IMG/VR virus record: IMGVR_UViG_3300030329_003775
Strand: one strand, 5' to 3'
DNA length: 64,000 nucleotides
Source of the DNA: an uncultured virus (IMG/VR IMGVR_UViG_3300030329_003775)
Taxonomy: Duplodnaviria; Heunggongvirae; Uroviricota; Caudoviricetes
Below the pieces are notes generated by a model. The model did no database searches. It saw nothing but the letters and a program-made list of their open reading frames with translations, and was not told where the DNA came from. Of this stretch, positions 28,579 to 37,728 are shown in pieces. The position numbers were made by a program, and so were the translations under genes. Positions within the stretch are counted from its first letter, which is position 1, and every line of letters begins with the position of its first letter.

Positions 28579-29703
28579 ATGAAAGTTAGTATACGCGAAA
28601 TAGCCAACTTCAAGGGGCGGGGGCATGTCCGCTGGGAGATCTACTACCGGGACTTGGCCGGTCCGAAAACGGAGATTTTCCAAACAGAGGCGGAGGCATT
28701 AGGGCGCAGGGCAGAGCTGTCACGAATGATGCCTGACTTAAGAAGGCTTCTGAATAATATGAGCGCCGACGAGAGGGCTATTGCTGCTATGGCGATCAAG
28801 GCTGCCCGAGAGAGCGGGGTCAATCTGGTCCGCGCTGTGGACTCAGCAACGAATGGTGCAGTTGAGCCTATTACGGTACGTGATGCAGTGGATAGGCACG
28901 TCGAGGCAAAGAAGGCTTCCGGGGTCAGCTCCTACCACATTAATAATACGCTTTGGGGCACGTCAACGCTGGTTGCCGTCCATGGCAGCAGGCCGCTCCA
29001 TGAGCTGACGGAGGACGATTTGCTCTCGCTGGTAAATGCCTACCCCTCCATGGACTCGCGCAGAACCATGTTGGGTGCATTCTCTGGCCTCTGGATATGG
29101 GCTGCTGACCGAAGTCATGTGCCCACGAATCGGCGGGGCAAGACGGTGGCCCAATTAATTAAGAAACCTAAGCGGCGTCCCGGAAGGGTTGATATTTACA
29201 CGGTAGATCAGTCGATAGAGATTATGCAGGCCGTGGAATCAATATGCCCCAAACTCATACCGCACTATGCCCTAAGGCTCTATGCCGGTCTGAGGCCGGT
29301 TGAGGAGGCTGCCAACATACAGTGGAGTGACATCCGTAAGGGCAGGGTGGCTGTGCCGGAGTCAAAGGTGGCTGGGTCCGTGCGGAGATTTGTACCCATG
29401 AACGAACCATTGGCCTACTGGCTCTCTAGGGGTGGGATGCTGCCATTGAAGGGAATTAATCGTAGGTGGTGGCACAAGAAGCTGCGGTCATCGGTAGGGT
29501 TCGAGATGCCAAAAAACGCGATGCGGCATTCGTTTATCAGCTATTTTGTGGCCTTGAACGGCATTGGAGCCACCGAGAATGTCAGCGGTAATTCTCGCAA
29601 GATGATCAAGGACCATTACCTAGAGGTTGTGGAGGAAGAAGAAGCTGTTAGGTTTTTTAGTGAAACACAAAAGAAGAACAAAAAACATATTGCCAAAACC
29701 TGA
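28579..29703 (+). CDS. int: Tyrosine integrase
   Basis: GLRP (catalytic R), NAMRHSF, GNS and DHY (catalytic Y); next to attP. Confidence 0.92.
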   Translation: MKVSIREIANFKGRGHVRWEIYYRDLAGPKTEIFQTEAEALGRRAELSRMMPDLRRLLNNMSADERAIAAMAIKAARESGVNLVRAVDSATNGAVEPITVRDAVDRHVEAKKASGVSSYHINNTLWGTSTLVAVHGSRPLHELTEDDLLSLVNAYPSMDSRRTMLGAFSGLWIWAADRSHVPTNRRGKTVAQLIKKPKRRPGRVDIYTVDQSIEIMQAVESICPKLIPHYALRLYAGLRPVEEAANIQWSDIRKGRVAVPESKVAGSVRRFVPMNEPLAYWLSRGGMLPLKGINRRWWHKKLRSSVGFEMPKNAMRHSFISYFVALNGIGATENVSGNSRKMIKDHYLEVVEEEEAVRFFSETQKKNKKHIAKT

Positions 29704-29751
29704 GTAGCGTCAGAAGATCAGCACGTCAGACCCTTTGGGTCTCTATTTAAG

Positions 29752-30612
29752 ATGCTAAATATTTTTAACAAAAAAGAAAAAGTGGAGCTTGAGCTGACCA
29801 AGGGCCAAGCGAAATTCATTGACGATCACTACAGCGGCGACATCGCCCTGTTCATGGAGGAATTTGTGACCAGTATTAAGCCAGAGGAGGCACATCCTGA
29901 GGCTTTATATACCCTGATGCCTAGGCTGCCCTACAAGAGTTGGGCGCTGGGTGCCGGGTTGGTAGTGCTTATAGCACTAGCGTACAATATGGTGTCTTTC
30001 ACGGGGCCCGCAAAGGACACCTTGGCAGCGAACTTTGAGACCACCCAGTCTTTGGAGAGAGAGGTCGCGGGCCTAGAGGAGCAAGTCAGATCCCTGAAGA
30101 GGTCTCTCCGCTTGGAGGCGGAGGCGGGTGTCGCGTTGCAGGCGCGTGTGTCGGAGTTGACCGCCATAGACCCCGATGCGCTGAAGAAGCTGCGCTCACT
30201 GTTGCTCAGTCCCCGTTTACTCAACAACCGCAATAAGACTACGGGCGCGACCCCCATGTTTCGACTGTTCCGCCACAGCATGCCCACTGAGGAGTACAAG
30301 AATTACGTGCAAAGAGCGATTCACGCTGGCGGTGACATAAATCAGCCGAGATTTGCTTTTGACAACGAAGCTGGCAAGTGGATATCGGAGAAAAACGGAC
30401 ACAATATTTTGCAATTCCTCGTGCGCGACGGGCAGGCGCATAAAGCACTGTGGGCCGTGGAGAATTTTGGCGGTTGGGATTTTATGTATACCAATTTCAG
30501 GGGGGCAAGTCTGCTCGACATAGTGGAATCTGAGATAATCCTCTCGCGAGACAGGGAGAGTGAACACTACGCCAGCCTGCTTAAGCTTCGAAACTTTCTA
30601 ACTAAAAATTAA
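29752..30612 (+). CDS. Membrane-anchored coiled-coil protein (possible lysogenic accessory protein)
   Basis: Single TM segment (WALGAGLVVLIALAY) followed by coiled coil; in the lysogeny module. Confidence 0.6.
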   Translation: MLNIFNKKEKVELELTKGQAKFIDDHYSGDIALFMEEFVTSIKPEEAHPEALYTLMPRLPYKSWALGAGLVVLIALAYNMVSFTGPAKDTLAANFETTQSLEREVAGLEEQVRSLKRSLRLEAEAGVALQARVSELTAIDPDALKKLRSLLLSPRLLNNRNKTTGATPMFRLFRHSMPTEEYKNYVQRAIHAGGDINQPRFAFDNEAGKWISEKNGHNILQFLVRDGQAHKALWAVENFGGWDFMYTNFRGASLLDIVESEIILSRDRESEHYASLLKLRNFLTKN

Positions 30613-30660
30613 GCTTAATTGTTGACACTAGCACGTATTAACAGAATAAACCTTGCCCTA

Positions 30661-30867
30661 ATGGCTCCCAGGAAAAAAGCAAAAGCAGCTAAGAGGACTG
30701 ATCGAGATCCTGACTTAAGGCTTCTTAGTGCGTATGTGGACAAGAAGGTCCTCCTTAAGGTCCGGCTAGAGGCTGCAAAAAGAAGCATGAGCATGAGCGA
30801 CCTGCTTCGACATCTAATTGGACAAGCCATGGAAAACAAAAAACTAATGCCGCCCGAGGATCAGTAG
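30661..30867 (+). CDS. Ribbon-helix-helix (Arc/CopG-like) regulator
   Basis: LLSAYVDKKVLLKVRLEAAKRSMSMSDLLRHLI pattern; TTGACA upstream at 30622. Confidence 0.8.
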   Translation: MAPRKKAKAAKRTDRDPDLRLLSAYVDKKVLLKVRLEAAKRSMSMSDLLRHLIGQAMENKKLMPPEDQ

Positions 30868-30889
30868 CGGTAGCCTCCATCCCCTTTGT

Positions 30890-30926
30890 AAAGTTTTTCA
30901 CGCTGTGAAAAACTTTTTTTTATTTC
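30890..30926 (+). terminator. Perfect 12-bp inverted repeat plus T-tract (terminator or operator)
   Basis: AAAGTTTTTCAC-GCT-GTGAAAAACTTT followed by a T-run. Confidence 0.6.
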
Positions 30927-31017
30927 ATAAAGAAATTTCTTGCGGCATGAAGTTTCAATGATACCATATCCAGAACGTCAGACGTAAAGACGTTCAGAGA
31001 CAAAGAAGGAGTTCGGA

Positions 31018-31182
31018 TTGAAAACCAAGGAACCAGAGCCAGATACCAAGATAATAGCCGCAACCTACCTGCCCAAGGAACTCTATCAGCGCTTCAAGGC
31101 GGCTGCGGAGGTTGAGCAGAGGCCGGTGAGCAGTTTGATCCGTATTCTGATCATCGATTTTTTGGAAGAGAGGGGCCGATAG
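31018..31182 (+). CDS. Second RHH regulator (54 aa, TTG start); not in the ORF track
   Basis: AAGGAG RBS; MKTKEPEPDTKIIAATYLPKELYQRFKAAAEVEQRPVSSLIRILIIDFL. Confidence 0.75.
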   Translation: MKTKEPEPDTKIIAATYLPKELYQRFKAAAEVEQRPVSSLIRILIIDFLEERGR

Positions 31183-31183
31183 C

Positions 31184-31348
31184 ATGTTGGCGCTGGGGGA
31201 CGTAGCTAAAATATTTGGCGTCACGACAAGAACCATTCGGCGTTGGATTTCCAGCGGAGCCCTGAAGGCGGTGCGGTGCAACTCGAGACTAATAAGAGTT
31301 CGTCGTGAAGAGGTGGAGAAGTTCATTAAGGCACGAGCGACGGTTTAG
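31184..31348 (+). CDS. xis: Excisionase-family HTH protein (54 aa); not in the ORF track
   Basis: MLALGDVAKIFGVTTRTIRRWISSGALKAVR...IRVRREEVEKF, a classic Xis/MerR-like winged HTH. Confidence 0.85.
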   Translation: MLALGDVAKIFGVTTRTIRRWISSGALKAVRCNSRLIRVRREEVEKFIKARATV

Positions 31349-31441
31349 CCGCCTTAAGGCTAGGCCAAAGAGGAGGTACGTTCCTGTGGGGGAGTTCCTA
31401 AAGGGACTTATAGCAAAATTTTTAAATTTTATGAGGGGGGA

Positions 31442-31738
31442 ATGAAAAAAAAATGCCTGCTGAAGATAAGTATTCTAGCCAAATACAGGCTACCCAGCCT
31501 GAACGCCCTGTTCGGGATGAATCATTGGCAGCGCAAAAAGGAGAAGCAGGCGGAACAGGCCGCATTCGTGTCCGCATTACGTCGCGCCGAAATAGGCTCG
31601 TGGACCCGGACAACCTCTGCCCCAAATATTTTATCGATGCTCTGCGCTACTGCAAAGCGCTCCCTGATGACCGTGAAGCGGACATCGACCTCTCGTGTAG
31701 GCAAGAAAAAGTCCCGAGGGCGAAAGAAGAAACATTAA
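31442..31738 (+). CDS. Overlapping ORF carrying a RusA-like N-terminal motif
   Basis: LPSLNALFGMNHWQRKK; GAGGGGG RBS upstream. Confidence 0.5.
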   Translation: MKKKCLLKISILAKYRLPSLNALFGMNHWQRKKEKQAEQAAFVSALRRAEIGSWTRTTSAPNILSMLCATAKRSLMTVKRTSTSRVGKKKSRGRKKKH

Positions 31739-31845
31739 TCGAGGTGGAATACCCAGATGAAGCATCAGTACAACATCTTCTGGATCGACTCGAAAATTGC
31801 TCAGTGCAGCATCTGCGACAAAAAACAAAAGTGCATAGCTCGTGA
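31453..31845 (+). CDS. rusA: RusA-like Holliday junction resolvase (catalytic portion)
   Basis: RLVDPDNLCPKYFIDAL...LPDD catalytic motif. Confidence 0.75.
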   Translation: MPAEDKYSSQIQATQPERPVRDESLAAQKGEAGGTGRIRVRITSRRNRLVDPDNLCPKYFIDALRYCKALPDDREADIDLSCRQEKVPRAKEETLIEVEYPDEASVQHLLDRLENCSVQHLRQKTKVHSS

Positions 31846-31963
31846 TCACTCAGTTCCAGACGGATACCTCTGCAGAACATGCTTCGACGACGCTGTCGCC
31901 ATCGACAGGGTGCTTACGAGCTTCTATGGGCCGTCTGGAGGGGGAGGCGACTGGGATGACTGA
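31757..31963 (+). CDS. Small zinc-finger protein
   Basis: CSIC...CRTC; overlaps the helicase start. Confidence 0.45.
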   Translation: MKHQYNIFWIDSKIAQCSICDKKQKCIARDHSVPDGYLCRTCFDDAVAIDRVLTSFYGPSGGGGDWDD

Positions 31964-33284
31964 TGGGAGCTGGGAAATTCTAGACGGCAGCACCCCTGAC
32001 GCTCAATTCCATGACCACGGGGCCGAGCTGGCCGTCCTCGGCTGTCTCTCACTTGGGGACGAGTTCGTGTCGAGGGCGGCAGCTCTGCTAACCGAGGACC
32101 ATTTCTACGACCTACTAAACAGGGAGATCTTCAAGGCGTTTGTCAGCAATAACTCATGTGACCAGATAAGGCTTGTTGACACTTTGCGTAAAGAGCTGGG
32201 CGAGCACTTCAACGCTGGCCACGTCGTGCAGAGGATTGATGATGGGGCCAGAAATGTTCCCTCCGGAGAGAACCTAACTTACTACGCTGAGATACTGAGG
32301 GAGATGGAGCGCAAGCGCTCGCTCAAGGACGCAACAGCCAAGGCCGTCAACTCCCTCGACGAGGGTGGCGATTACGCGGATGCGGCAGCAATTATAGACA
32401 GCCACCTCGCTGACACAAAGGTTGAGCGCGAGGGCAGCCGCACAACCAAGGAAGTCGTTCTGTCGGCCATAGAGCAGATTGAGAACTGGCAGACCCACGA
32501 CGGCGTGGTTGTGGGTGTTCCTACAGGGTTTAGCCAGCTGGACATGCTGACGGGCGGGCTTCAACCGGGAGACATGTTCGTTCTGGCGGCTAGGCCTTCA
32601 GTTGGGAAGACAGCGGTAGGTCTCAATATTGCGGCGACTGCCGCGCTTGAGCACAAGAAGGGCGTCATGTTTTTTTCGCTGGAGATGTCCAGCGAGAGCT
32701 TGGTCATCCGAATGCTCTCGTCCGTGAGCGAGGTCTCGTCGCACCGAATGCGGCAGAAGCAACATCTGACCAAGAGTGAGATGGTCTCCATCAGTAACGC
32801 CTCATCCAAGATAAACTCCGCCCCAATTAAGTTTTTCGACCAACCCGGAATGAATCTGTACGAGATCAAGGCTGCGGCAAGGGGTTGGTGCAAAAACAAC
32901 GACGTCGAGCTGATGGTCGTTGACTACCTGCAGCTGGTTAATGCCCCAAGCGGCAAGTACACGTCCAGACAACAGCAGGTCGCAGAGATATCTGCTGGAC
33001 TGAAGGCGCTGGCCCGCGAGCTGAATGTCTCGCTGCTGGTCCTTGCACAACTCAACCGGGATTCCGAGCGAGACGCTCGTAACCCACGAATGGCCGATCT
33101 CCGTGAGAGCGGCTCTATCGAGCAGGATGCAGACTGTGTCGCGCTCCTGCACAGACCCGACAAGGAGGATGATGTCGTAAAACTAATCCTCGATAAGCAA
33201 AGGAATGGGCCAACCGGCATGGTGCCGTTGTTGTTCCGCAGATCCATAAACAAATTCGAGCAGGGCGATCTCCTGCCCGAGTAA
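31956..33284 (+). CDS. dnaB: Replicative DNA helicase
   Basis: AARPSVGKT, FSLEM, VVDYLQL, LAQLNR, DLRESGSIEQDAD and KQRNGPTG motifs. Confidence 0.97.
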   Translation: MTDGSWEILDGSTPDAQFHDHGAELAVLGCLSLGDEFVSRAAALLTEDHFYDLLNREIFKAFVSNNSCDQIRLVDTLRKELGEHFNAGHVVQRIDDGARNVPSGENLTYYAEILREMERKRSLKDATAKAVNSLDEGGDYADAAAIIDSHLADTKVEREGSRTTKEVVLSAIEQIENWQTHDGVVVGVPTGFSQLDMLTGGLQPGDMFVLAARPSVGKTAVGLNIAATAALEHKKGVMFFSLEMSSESLVIRMLSSVSEVSSHRMRQKQHLTKSEMVSISNASSKINSAPIKFFDQPGMNLYEIKAAARGWCKNNDVELMVVDYLQLVNAPSGKYTSRQQQVAEISAGLKALARELNVSLLVLAQLNRDSERDARNPRMADLRESGSIEQDADCVALLHRPDKEDDVVKLILDKQRNGPTGMVPLLFRRSINKFEQGDLLPE

Positions 33285-33297
33285 CCCACTAAGTCAT

Positions 33298-33777
33298 ATG
33301 GCAAATAATACAGAAGAAGGAATATTGTTGAAGCGAGTGAAACTAATGTGGACGTCGCTTCGTGAACCACGCGAGGAGCAGGGCAGTCGTCCAACATTTC
33401 AGACCGACTGTTGCGGCCTTGAGAAGGACCAAATCAAGGCCCTTACTGAGGCTGGCATCGAGGTCAGGGACGGCAACGCACTGAAGACGCCTCAGCCAGA
33501 AAAGGGGCACTTCGTCACGGCCCGGTCTGGTCTGCGCCCGAAGGTCGTGGACGCTGACAAGCGTGTTTATGGCCCCGAGGAGATTCCCGAGGTTGGTAAT
33601 GGCACTCTAGCCAATGTCTACATTAAGCCGTACAGCTGGAACTACAGTGGCCGGTCTGGGATTAGTGGTGGGCTGAGAGCTGTGCAGATCCTCGAGCTCA
33701 AGGAGTTCGGAGGTGACTCTGACGTTTTCGACAAGGAACCTGAGTTCTCCACTGCAGGCGAGAGCGATCCATTCTAG
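33298..33777 (+). CDS. ssb: Single-stranded DNA-binding protein (T7 gp2.5 / DUF2815-like)
   Basis: VGNGT..NV and GLRAVQIL motifs; acidic C-terminal tail ending DPF. Confidence 0.8.
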   Translation: MANNTEEGILLKRVKLMWTSLREPREEQGSRPTFQTDCCGLEKDQIKALTEAGIEVRDGNALKTPQPEKGHFVTARSGLRPKVVDADKRVYGPEEIPEVGNGTLANVYIKPYSWNYSGRSGISGGLRAVQILELKEFGGDSDVFDKEPEFSTAGESDPF

Positions 33778-33794
33778 CTCTGCCTACTCCATCC

Positions 33795-33829
33795 GGGGTG
33801 GGGCGGCGATGCCTAGGCCGTCCCACCCC
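33795..33829 (+). terminator. GC-rich hairpin after ssb
   Basis: GGGGTGGGGCGGC / GCCGTCCCACCCC stem. Confidence 0.55.
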
Positions 33830-33847
33830 ACTTAATAAAGGCTTTAT

Positions 33848-34180
33848 ATGATGACTATTGATCCCAAAAAACTAGCTAGGTCCAGTGACCCTGAGACCAG
33901 CAAGATGGCAGCTGAAGAGTTTGCAAACAGCAAGACGGCCCATGCCCTGCGCAGCCATGTTATAGACACTGTTAAGGCTAATCCGGGGCTTACCTCACGC
34001 GAGCTTGCAACGCAGACTGATGAAGTCAGCTACGAGAACTTCCACAAGCGGTTGCCTGAGGTTGAGAGAACAAGGGATATACACCGTGGCGTCTCCCGCA
34101 GGTGCCGAGTCACTAACAGGACTGCTGCTACATGGTATCCAGGTCCCGAGGGGACCCCTGAGCAAATGGACCTGATATGA
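33848..34180 (+). CDS. Winged-HTH protein (ARxxDPETS family)
   Basis: ARSSDPETSKMAA, GLTSRELA, KRLPEV. Confidence 0.7.
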   Translation: MMTIDPKKLARSSDPETSKMAAEEFANSKTAHALRSHVIDTVKANPGLTSRELATQTDEVSYENFHKRLPEVERTRDIHRGVSRRCRVTNRTAATWYPGPEGTPEQMDLI

Positions 34181-34536
34181 AAAACGACGAAGGGGGACAT
34201 TGGTATACTGCATGCGGCAAGCCTCGCCATTGGCAGCCTGACGGCAAGAAGACCACATTGCGTCATGCTCGTAAGCAAAACCTTTTCCCCTCAGTCACGG
34301 GCGTGATCAAGGAGATTAACAATGAGTTCCTTAACGGCTGGCGGGTTAAGACAGCCACGCTAAGGGCCAAGGCCAACCCGGCCTTCAAGAATGAGTCCGA
34401 CGACATGTACCTCCTTAGGATCAACGTCCTGAACCGGGACGACAAGAATTCCATACTGGAGTTCGGGACGCGCATTCATGCCGCCTTGGAGAAGGTCAAC
34501 CTGCACTTCCAAAATGAAGCACGAAAAACTTCTTAA
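34177..34536 (+). CDS. N-terminal part of a PD-(D/E)xK exonuclease
   Basis: HWY...TTLRHARK..LFPSVTGVI...GTRIHAALE. Confidence 0.7.
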   Translation: MKNDEGGHWYTACGKPRHWQPDGKKTTLRHARKQNLFPSVTGVIKEINNEFLNGWRVKTATLRAKANPAFKNESDDMYLLRINVLNRDDKNSILEFGTRIHAALEKVNLHFQNEARKTS

Positions 34537-35107
34537 GAAGCTTGGTATAGACGAGGACCTTCGTCCCTTTGTGGACCACTATGTAGAGTGGTTCATGGAA
34601 AATGTTAAAGAGGTCATAACCGCTGAGCAGACGCTTGTACACCAGATGGGGTACGCGGGCACAGCGGACCTCTACGCCGTTACAAAGGACGGCAAAAGAG
34701 CCCTGATCGATTTCAAGACGCAAGGCGTTAAATCGAATGGGCCGAATTTCTACGACAGCTGGGCATACCAGCTGGCAGCCTACGTTAACTGTCTGCCTCA
34801 CCCGAGGAGCACCAAGTGCATATCGCTGGTGATCAACTCCAACACGCCTGAACCAGTTGTGGACAAGGTGTGGACTAAAGACGAAATTAGTAATGCCAAT
34901 AAAATCTTCAGGGCCGCTCTTACGAGCTGGCAGCTGAAGAAAAAATACAGACCGATTAAGGAGGCATTACATGGCGAGGAACACGTACAGGCTGAAGCGG
35001 CAAAACAACCCATTCCGGACTCAAACAATGCGAAGGCTCTTAACGAAGCGGGTAAGGCAGATGAGCCTGCTGGAGAGGCTGAAGGCGGCGTGGAGAATTC
35101 TGACTAG
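34514..35107 (+). CDS. C-terminal catalytic part of a PD-(D/E)xK exonuclease
   Basis: EQTL..GYAGTADL..LIDFKT..YQLAAY. Confidence 0.8.
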   Translation: MKHEKLLKKLGIDEDLRPFVDHYVEWFMENVKEVITAEQTLVHQMGYAGTADLYAVTKDGKRALIDFKTQGVKSNGPNFYDSWAYQLAAYVNCLPHPRSTKCISLVINSNTPEPVVDKVWTKDEISNANKIFRAALTSWQLKKKYRPIKEALHGEEHVQAEAAKQPIPDSNNAKALNEAGKADEPAGEAEGGVENSD

Positions 35108-35113
35108 GCGAAT

Positions 35114-35371
35114 ATGAAATACGAGATACGCCCCGACGATAGGATGCGGTTTTGGGTTAAGTCCCGAAACGGACGCGGAGAGTATCTCGTGGACCTCACA
35201 ACGCACGACGGCAACGGGGCGTGTACATGCCCACACTTCAGGTGCCGTCTTGAGCCCAAGGTGGTCAACAACGGCGACCAACGTCGCTGCAAGCATATCC
35301 AATGTGTGCGCGAGTATTTGGCGGACAGGGTGATCGAGGAGATGCAGGAATATGAGGCGCAAGAGGCCTAA
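35114..35371 (+). CDS. SWIM zinc-finger protein
   Basis: CTCPHF...CKHI. Confidence 0.8.
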   Translation: MKYEIRPDDRMRFWVKSRNGRGEYLVDLTTHDGNGACTCPHFRCRLEPKVVNNGDQRRCKHIQCVREYLADRVIEEMQEYEAQEA

Positions 35372-35651
35372 CCCTATATCCGCCAAGAGGCGTGAACAGA
35401 TGAAGCTCTATAAGGACAGGAGAGTGGCGTACTTGGCCGAGAATAAGCGCTGTGCGGTTTTCCCCCAGCGCAAGGCTACTGACGTACACCACATGCGTGG
35501 AAGGGCAGGGCGGCTATACCTATGCGAGGATTACTGGCTGCCTGTCAGCCGCGAAGGCCACGACAAGATTCATAAATCCCCAGAGTGGGCAAGGAGCAAG
35601 GGGTTCCTTTGTCTGAAAGGAGAATGGGGTAAGCAACCAGAAGGACACTAG
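35352..35651 (+). CDS. HNH-like nuclease
   Basis: ATDVHHMRGR...VSREGHDKIH. Confidence 0.7.
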   Translation: MRRKRPNPISAKRREQMKLYKDRRVAYLAENKRCAVFPQRKATDVHHMRGRAGRLYLCEDYWLPVSREGHDKIHKSPEWARSKGFLCLKGEWGKQPEGH

Positions 35652-35655
35652 GCAG

Positions 35656-36603
35656 ATGAAACCACCAGATTCATTCCCATTTTTCCCGGAACACTTTCTC
35701 TCCGGCACTATGTACATGAGTGCCGAGGAAGTGGGTATCTATATTAGGCTGCTTTGCTGCCAATGGACCCGTGGCGGCATCCCTAACGACCCGGAATTAA
35801 TAGCCAGAATGGCGGGTATGCAAGATGCATGCAACAAGCATGCAACAAGCATAACCAAAGACAAGTTCCTAGAGGGGTCAGACGGGGTTTTAAGGAACCC
35901 GAAATTGGAACTTATACGCAACAAAGCTTTAGAGAGATCTAAAAAAATGTCCGAAAGGGGCAAAAAAGCAGCAAATGCGCGTCATTCAGGGTCATGCAAC
36001 AAGCATGCAACAAGCATACAACAAGCATGCAACAAGCATGCAACGAGCAATGCAACAAGCATGCAACAAGCAGAAACCCCCGCTAACGGTATATATATAC
36101 TAAATAGTACTAAAGAGACTAAAGAGACTAAAGAGTCTAAAGAGCTTGATAGTCTTGAGCACCAAGTTCTCCAAGAACTGAACTCCCACCTTAAGCAGGC
36201 AAACTTACCGGCAAAGTTCAAGCTTACCTCTGAGCGCCGTGAGACCATCGCAGCAAGGATCAAGGAGGTGGATGGCGACATCAAGGGCATGTCACAGGCC
36301 TTGGGCAGGATCGTGAGGATGTGGAGAGGGACAAAGTACCAGAACTGGCTGGTCCCTGAGACGCTCTTCAAGCCAGACAAGTTCTTCAAGTACTACGAGC
36401 AGCGAGACATGCCCGTGATCAAAGAAGGCAAAACCGAGCTTCATGACCTCAAGCAGGAGCTTTCAAGGCTTGAACAAAAATACATTAACGAGAAGGGGAC
36501 ATTTGAGTCCCAGCACAGGGATGCTGACGGGGCTCTACTGCCTGAGGCGTACAAGCGCCGAAGGGAGATACTGGACCGCATAAGAGAACTGGATAACCAA
36601 TGA
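35656..36603 (+). CDS. Replication initiator (DUF1376/YdaU-like N-terminus)
   Basis: FPFFPEHFLSGT..MSAEEVGIYIRLL..QW; internal iterons; PETLF..KF..Y C-terminal motif. Confidence 0.85.
   Translation: MKPPDSFPFFPEHFLSGTMYMSAEEVGIYIRLLCCQWTRGGIPNDPELIARMAGMQDACNKHATSITKDKFLEGSDGVLRNPKLELIRNKALERSKKMSERGKKAANARHSGSCNKHATSIQQACNKHATSNATSMQQAETPANGIYILNSTKETKETKESKELDSLEHQVLQELNSHLKQANLPAKFKLTSERRETIAARIKEVDGDIKGMSQALGRIVRMWRGTKYQNWLVPETLFKPDKFFKYYEQRDMPVIKEGKTELHDLKQELSRLEQKYINEKGTFESQHRDADGALLPEAYKRRREILDRIRELDNQ
35828..36144. repeat. ori: Replication-origin iterons: CATGCAACAAG x2 plus x7, followed by ACTAAAGAG x4
   Basis: 11-bp units at 35828-35849 and 35993-36070; 9-bp units at 36109-36144 next to an AT-rich tract. 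Confidence 0.85.
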
Positions 36604-36812
36604 TGACACTGCAGGAACGAATGATAAAAAGGGAGCTGATGGAGCTGCGGCTTGAACTGATGAGACTCCTTGGAAAGCCCTCAACGAAGTCAGGCTCTTC
36701 TGCCGCGCAGTTGATTGGGGCAGATGTCTACACACGCATGAGCACACTGATCACTGACATCGAGGCAGGTAACATCAAGGATGATGACTATTCTTCCAAA
36801 AATTCCCAATAA
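36600..36812 (+). CDS. Hypothetical protein
   Basis: ATGA-coupled to the initiator gene. Confidence 0.5.
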   Translation: MMTLQERMIKRELMELRLELMRLLGKPSTKSGSSAAQLIGADVYTRMSTLITDIEAGNIKDDDYSSKNSQ

Positions 36813-36939
36813 GGGAGGCACACCCCCATGGTTCCCCAGGGCGACCTCCTTGGCCCGTGAGAGCGGGTATCTTCAGCCCGTCTGTGGGGGTGTGCATAAT
36901 TTAACCAAACCACTAAAACCACAAACACTAGGAACAAGC

Positions 36940-37302
36940 ATGATACCATATTCAGTAATAAAGACCGTCAAGGCGGAGGCACTACAAAACAGGAAGGCGA
37001 AGAGGTATAGCGCCAAGGATATCCCTGACGAGATTATCTACGACTGTGCTGAGGCCGCAGGAGTTTCCCTCGGCCAGATGATGGGCAAAGGCAGGGAACA
37101 GAGGGTCGTGGAGGCCCGATGGATGTGCTACCGGATACTTTACCCCATGGGCTTCAGTCTCTCTGTAATCGGCGCAAGGTTTAACCGAGACCATGGAACC
37201 GTCCTGCATGGGCTAAAGACTATTCAGCAGCGGCTGGACACCAACGACAGGCTAATGCGCCCCATTGTCAAAGCCATAAAAATGAAGGGGTACAAAATCT
37301 GA
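36940..37302 (+). CDS. DnaA C-terminal (domain IV)-like HTH protein
   Basis: VVEARWMC...SLSVIGARFNRDHGTVLHG. Confidence 0.85.
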   Translation: MIPYSVIKTVKAEALQNRKAKRYSAKDIPDEIIYDCAEAAGVSLGQMMGKGREQRVVEARWMCYRILYPMGFSLSVIGARFNRDHGTVLHGLKTIQQRLDTNDRLMRPIVKAIKMKGYKI

Positions 37303-37434
37303 TGCCCAAGGAGCCGGATGCGGTTGAGCTGATAGCCCTGCTAGTCATGCTGTCCCCACTGCTATTCGCGCTCTGGTTAATTTTGAAAGCACTCTACAGC
37401 AGTTAATCTCCCCCCCCACTGGTCATGCTGGAGA

Positions 37435-37728
37435 ATGTACACAGATCCAAACGGTGCGAGGAAGCTCATGTCAGAACTGATAGTGCTCTCGGTAGAGCAG
37501 TACGAGCTACTCAAGGATAAGGGCTACATAGTGCGCGGAGTACCGAAGTTTATTGAGTCTGGTAAGACCCAGCGAGCTCTCGGCCATGACGCAGCTTACA
37601 GCCTAGTCCGCTTCTTTTTCACGCCAGCACTGGACAAGGCTGTCGAGATTGGAGGAGTCCGGATTGAACCTGACCACATTCGCCAGAAGCTGGAACCAAA
37701 GCTCTGGAGGGAACTTTTACGAAAATGA
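37435..37728 (+). CDS. Hypothetical protein
   Basis: GGAG RBS; coupled to the next gene. Confidence 0.55.
   Translation: MYTDPNGARKLMSELIVLSVEQYELLKDKGYIVRGVPKFIESGKTQRALGHDAAYSLVRFFFTPALDKAVEIGGVRIEPDHIRQKLEPKLWRELLRK

Noticed and set aside
35828..36144. CRISPR array
   Set aside because: Short tandem repeats without spacers inside the initiator gene; these are iterons. No cas genes.
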